From: Candidatus Poribacteria bacterium
Lineage (GTDB): Bacteria > Poribacteria > WGA-4E > WGA-3G
Length of the DNA stretch: 64,000 nt
Assembly (NCBI GenBank): GCA_003635315.1
Contig: PYJD01000023.1
Coordinates: 134,502-198,501 of the forward strand
Reading direction: 5' to 3'
A model generated the notes under the pieces. It was given only the letters and a program-made list of their open reading frames with translations, was not told the DNA's origin and searched no databases. Position numbers and translations under genes: made by a program. Positions 59,945 through 64,000 of this stretch are shown piece after piece (the stretch's first letter is position 1; every line of letters begins with the position of its first letter).

Positions 59945-62635
59945 ATGAAACATATTCGTAGATTACCTCTTTATATTTTCCTCTTATTATTACTAAATAG
60001 TTCATATCTATTTAGTTTTGGTGAACCAACTCTCTTCTATATACTAAATGTATTAATCCATATTGGTCTTGGAAGTCTTCTCATACTACCCTTCTGCTAT
60101 TTTCTTCTAAAAAGAATACGAACACTGTCAGTACTTGGAAGAGTAGGGGTAGTTGCACTTACAATAGGTGTTGTTAGTGGTGGATATTTGATGGTAGTAG
60201 GAGCATCAACACCGTATCGTTGGCTTCTCATCACTCATATTTTTACCATTTCAACTGGTAGTTTTCTATTTAGTCTACATATTCTTAAATACACAAATCA
60301 TCTTACTGGTAAGTTCCAAAAATTATATATCAGTGTGTTGGTTGGTGTCCTTTTCTTTCCTATTGGTGCTAAATTATCCCAGCATTTCTTTCCAAATAGG
60401 ACATATCTTGTCGAAAATCCTGCATTTCCACCAAGTAGTATGTATGAGGAAGGGGGAGGTACAACAGGACACTTCTTTCCCGCATCTGTAGAGACAGATA
60501 CGGGAAATCTCATACCAACAGACTTTTTTCTTACTTCAGAAACATGTGCCTCAAAAGGTTGTCATCCAGATATTTACAAACAGTGGAGTGAATCCGCACA
60601 TCATTTTTCGTCCTTTAACAACCAATGGTATCGTAAATCCATTATTTATATGCAGGAAGTTAATGGAATTCAACCATCAAAATGGTGTGGGGGTTGTCAT
60701 GATCCTGCCATTCTACTCAATGGAGTTATGGATCAACCTATTCGTGAGAATCTACATACCCCTGCAGCTCAAGCTGGACTGGCATGTACTGCATGCCATT
60801 CTATTGATCAGGTTAAAGATACAATGGGTAATAGTGGATATGTAATAAAATATCCACCACTTCACAATCTTGCGTCAAGCAATAATCGTTTGATACGTAA
60901 AATGCACAATTACCTAATCAAACTTGACCCAGAACCACATAGAAATAGCTTCATAAAACCATTCCATCGGGAGAACACTGCTGAATTCTGCTCAACATGT
61001 CACAAGGCACATCTGGATTTTCCAGTCAATAATTACAGATGGGTTCGAGGATTCAATGACTATGATCAATGGCAGAAAAGTGGTGTATCCCATCAAGGGG
61101 CTCTATCATTCTACTATCCAGAAACAGCTAAAAAATGTGCTGATTGCCATATGCCTTTAGTAGATTCAAAGGATGCGGGAAACATTAAAGGCAAGGTACA
61201 TAGCCACAGATTTCCAGCTGCAAATTCTGCCCTACCATATGTAAATAAACACGATGAACAGCTAAAAACGGTCACCGAATTTCTACAAAATGATGTGATT
61301 ACACTGGATATGTTTGCAAATGGTTCCCCAATACCTGAGGATGGTACTTCAGTTTACAGGAATGAGAGTAATCTAATTGAGGTAGTTGTTCGTACAAGAG
61401 GAGTAGGACATAATTTTCCCACTGGAACAATTGATGCATTTGATATCTGGCTTGAATTGAAGATAGTTGATGAAAACGGTAAGATTGTTTTCTGGAATGG
61501 CAGGATTGCTGAACCTGATGGAAATGGTCCTGTTGATCCAAGCGCACATTTTTACCGGAGTTATATGCTTGATGAACATGCTAACCTAATCAATAAACGT
61601 AATGTATGGGCAATGCGAAAAGTGTTATATTCAAATACTATCCCTCCCGGTGCTGCTGATACTGTTCGTTATCGATTAGAAATTCCATCAGACTGTGGGA
61701 ATACCCTTAGTGTAGAAGCAAAACTAAATTACCGAAAATTTAACTGGTGGCATACACAGTGGGCTTATGCTGGGGTTCGTGATCCAGAAGATACGGATTT
61801 TAAGGTTGATAAAGGTTATGACAATGGTAAATGGATTTGGACGGGGGATACTAATGATGTTGCAGGTAAAATCAAATCTATACCAAACCTACCCATCATT
61901 GTTATGGCTGAAGCAAATACGCAACTACATGTTGAATCCGAGAAGGGGAATTCAGATATCACAGAGCCAACACAGAATCAATTTAGTACGACATATAATT
62001 TGCGTGAACGTTGGAATGATTATGGAATAGGTTTGTTTCTACAAGGAGATTTAAGAAAAGCGGTATCTGTTTTCCTAAAAGTAACTGAAATTGAACCTGG
62101 TTATCTTGATGGATGGGTTAATGTTGCCAGATGTCGTATAAAAGAAGGAGATATGCCTGGGGCTGAAACAATGTTAAATCATGCATTAGAATTACAGAAA
62201 TCACTATCACCCACAGATCCGAATCGGGCAAAGGTTCATTATTTTTATGGACTCGTACAAGAATCTTACGGTAATTATGATTTATCGATACAACATCTTG
62301 AGCAAGCCATAGACCAATTTCCTCGAGACACGAGAGTTCGGAACCAATTAGGACGTTTGCATTTTCTAAAGAGAAATTATAATATCGCTATATCACATTT
62401 TGAAAAAAGTTTGGAGGTTGATCCGGAAGATTTAGATGCACACTATAATATGATGCGATCTTACCGTGCACTCAAAAATCCATCTATGGCAGCAAAGTAT
62501 CATAAGCTTTATTTACGATTCAAAGAAGATGAATCAGTTGATGATATAACGGGTGTTGCACGTCGTGCAGATACACATGCAAATCTTGAACGACAACCAA
62601 TTCATGAACATGTGAATAGTTATAAATCAGAATAG
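59945..62635 (+). CDS. Membrane-anchored multihaem c-type cytochrome (five haem-binding motifs) fused to C-terminal TPR repeats
   Basis: N-terminal ~150 aa carry about four TM helices. Motifs CASKGCH (CX4CH), CGGCHD, CTACHS, CSTCHK and CADCHM. C-terminal 250 aa are TPR-like (WNDYGIGLFLQGDLRKAVSVFLKV...ALELQKS...). Confidence 0.7.
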   Translation: MKHIRRLPLYIFLLLLLNSSYLFSFGEPTLFYILNVLIHIGLGSLLILPFCYFLLKRIRTLSVLGRVGVVALTIGVVSGGYLMVVGASTPYRWLLITHIFTISTGSFLFSLHILKYTNHLTGKFQKLYISVLVGVLFFPIGAKLSQHFFPNRTYLVENPAFPPSSMYEEGGGTTGHFFPASVETDTGNLIPTDFFLTSETCASKGCHPDIYKQWSESAHHFSSFNNQWYRKSIIYMQEVNGIQPSKWCGGCHDPAILLNGVMDQPIRENLHTPAAQAGLACTACHSIDQVKDTMGNSGYVIKYPPLHNLASSNNRLIRKMHNYLIKLDPEPHRNSFIKPFHRENTAEFCSTCHKAHLDFPVNNYRWVRGFNDYDQWQKSGVSHQGALSFYYPETAKKCADCHMPLVDSKDAGNIKGKVHSHRFPAANSALPYVNKHDEQLKTVTEFLQNDVITLDMFANGSPIPEDGTSVYRNESNLIEVVVRTRGVGHNFPTGTIDAFDIWLELKIVDENGKIVFWNGRIAEPDGNGPVDPSAHFYRSYMLDEHANLINKRNVWAMRKVLYSNTIPPGAADTVRYRLEIPSDCGNTLSVEAKLNYRKFNWWHTQWAYAGVRDPEDTDFKVDKGYDNGKWIWTGDTNDVAGKIKSIPNLPIIVMAEANTQLHVESEKGNSDITEPTQNQFSTTYNLRERWNDYGIGLFLQGDLRKAVSVFLKVTEIEPGYLDGWVNVARCRIKEGDMPGAETMLNHALELQKSLSPTDPNRAKVHYFYGLVQESYGNYDLSIQHLEQAIDQFPRDTRVRNQLGRLHFLKRNYNIAISHFEKSLEVDPEDLDAHYNMMRSYRALKNPSMAAKYHKLYLRFKEDESVDDITGVARRADTHANLERQPIHEHVNSYKSE

Positions 62636-62758
62636 TTAGTTGTTAATGGTAATAACAATACAGTTGAATTCATCTTTGTAGTACTTGCCAATTATATTCG
62701 GTTGTGTTATTATCACAACATCGTAATACATATAAGAATGACTAAATAGGAGTATTTC

Positions 62759-63184
62759 ATGGCAGTTTTTTTACATACACGTGTGCGTGTAAGTGATCTT
62801 GATTCTTCGATAGATTGGTATTGTGATCACTTAGGATTTAAAGTTCTCAGTCGTAGCGATAAATCACCAGCAGGTAATCAGATTGTTCATCTTGAATTAC
62901 CAGGGAATGCACATACATTAGAACTTACCTATTCACCTGATTTTGACCTACAGGTTCAAGAAGATCTGATGCATTTTGCTATTGGTGTACCAGATATTGT
63001 TGAATTCTGTGATGAGTTAGAGAAAGCAGGATTGGAAATATGGCCAGATGAGTGGCGAAACCAATTTACATCCGGTGGTATGAAGATGGCATTTATTACA
63101 GATCCAGATGGGTATGAAGTGGAGATATTGGAAAGGAAAGATGCATCTGGGGATCCGCTTGACGTATTGGATGAATCTAATTAA
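62759..63184 (+). CDS. VOC-family protein (glyoxalase I / lactoylglutathione lyase-like)
   Basis: HTRVRVSDLDSSIDWYCDHLGFKV...VHLEL...HFAIGVPDI...DPDGYEVEILE pattern of glyoxalase I. Confidence 0.75.
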   Translation: MAVFLHTRVRVSDLDSSIDWYCDHLGFKVLSRSDKSPAGNQIVHLELPGNAHTLELTYSPDFDLQVQEDLMHFAIGVPDIVEFCDELEKAGLEIWPDEWRNQFTSGGMKMAFITDPDGYEVEILERKDASGDPLDVLDESN

Positions 63185-63294
63185 GGTATATGGAATGTGG
63201 ATTTCTTACTAAGAATACGGGGTGTGGTGTCTTTAACTAAATGATGGAAAAGATACCACACCTATACAAGGATGTTGCACTTAAATTGAAGAGA

Positions 63295-64000
63295 TTAGAC
63301 AAATGGCCAGAATTGATTCCATGCGGTCATCCAATCAATACCTTGACTTTCAACAGTGACAGGTCCAGTAACTTCTACACCTGGACGTCCTTTGAATGTA
63401 GACATTTTATCTACACTTGAGAGTTCTATTTTTATTGTTGTTGGTGTATCTGGAACATAAGGTTGGAGTCTTGATAAGTCAGATAAAGCGTTTTTGGTTG
63501 CCTCTTCAATCATTTCACGTGCTCTCACAGGCGGAATATGTTTTGCACTATACCTACTTAGACCCTTTTTGACTGCTACTATAGGAAGATCATTACCGAG
63601 TAATTCACGTGCTTCTCTACAAACAGCTGTATCCCCTGTCACAAGTGCAACTGGAACTCCATAATGTCCGTTGAGTGCCGCATTAACACCGGTTTCTCCA
63701 ACAAGGTCGTTGTTAAACCAAAGGTTACGGTATTGTACTGTAGAGATTGTGTGACATAGAACACCGTCAGGTGTGTTATTTCTTGCATGCATACCGATAA
63801 GGAGGCATGCATCACATCCATCTTTCCACATATCATCGAATCTGCCCCAACCGTGATGAGTTACCCATTCACAATCTGGTTCTATCTTTTCAGGTATCAG
63901 AGAATTAAATGTCCATCCTTGTCCAGCGCCGTGACAGTCCACGACCACAATTTCAGTGGCTCCAACAGCTTTTGCACCTCTGACAGCCGCATTTATCTCT
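63295..64000 (-). CDS. M55-family D-aminopeptidase (DppA-like); partial, N-terminus beyond the window end
   Basis: The reverse complement of 63949-64000 reads ...EINAAVRGAKAVGATEIVVVDCHGAGQG, continuous with the listed ORF. This is the DppA/M55 signature (EINAA..GA...GA.E..V.DSHG). Confidence 0.75.
   Translation of the reverse strand, partial: EINAAVRGAKAVGATEIVVVDCHGAGQGWTFNSLIPEKIEPDCEWVTHHGWGRFDDMWKDGCDACLLIGMHARNNTPDGVLCHTISTVQYRNLWFNNDLVGETGVNAALNGHYGVPVALVTGDTAVCREARELLGNDLPIVAVKKGLSRYSAKHIPPVRAREMIEEATKNALSDLSRLQPYVPDTPTTIKIELSSVDKMSTFKGRPGVEVTGPVTVESQGIDWMTAWNQFWPFV

Overview
This is a 64-kb window of AT-rich bacterial chromosome with about 45 protein-coding genes on both strands. 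I found no rRNA or tRNA genes and no true CRISPR array.

Housekeeping genes include rbsK, selA, ychF, plsC, cmk, tyrA, murA, hisD, a leuB/icd-family dehydrogenase, comM/yifB, archease and an AddA-like UvrD helicase-nuclease. These are interleaved with a large set of secreted and lipoprotein genes:
- a 1211-aa HExxH metalloprotease with LVIVD repeats and a type IX secretion system (T9SS)-type C-terminal domain, plus a decayed copy of that domain elsewhere in the window;
- three formylglycine-generating-enzyme (FGE)-sulfatase-domain lipoproteins, two di-haem cytochrome c peroxidases and a Cys-type sulfatase;
- LamG, PA-IL-like lectin, cohesin/dockerin, CRTAC1/ASPIC and cyclophilin proteins;
- a membrane-anchored penta-haem cytochrome fused to TPR repeats.

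The features I consider most worth a second look are:
1. A mirrored lipoprotein cassette, CCP-FGE-FGE-CCP (50.4-55.0 kb). Its FGE-domain proteins lack the catalytic Cys pair of genuine formylglycine-generating enzymes.
2. A shared extreme C-terminal motif of the form K-x-[TS][TS]TW[GA]x[LI]K on four unrelated secreted proteins. It may be an unrecognised sorting or processing tag.
3. A dispersed 400-500-bp non-coding element in four copies. Each copy lies 80-330 bp upstream of a gene and is co-oriented with it. All copies carry a conserved GACACA-n3-TGTGTC palindrome.
4. A spacer-less array of about ten 32-bp hairpin units between convergent genes.
5. Several families of small REP/MITE-like palindromic elements, concentrated in a 2.2-kb gene-free stretch.

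All calls come from reading the sequence and ORF translations and from remembered family motifs. No database searches were run.
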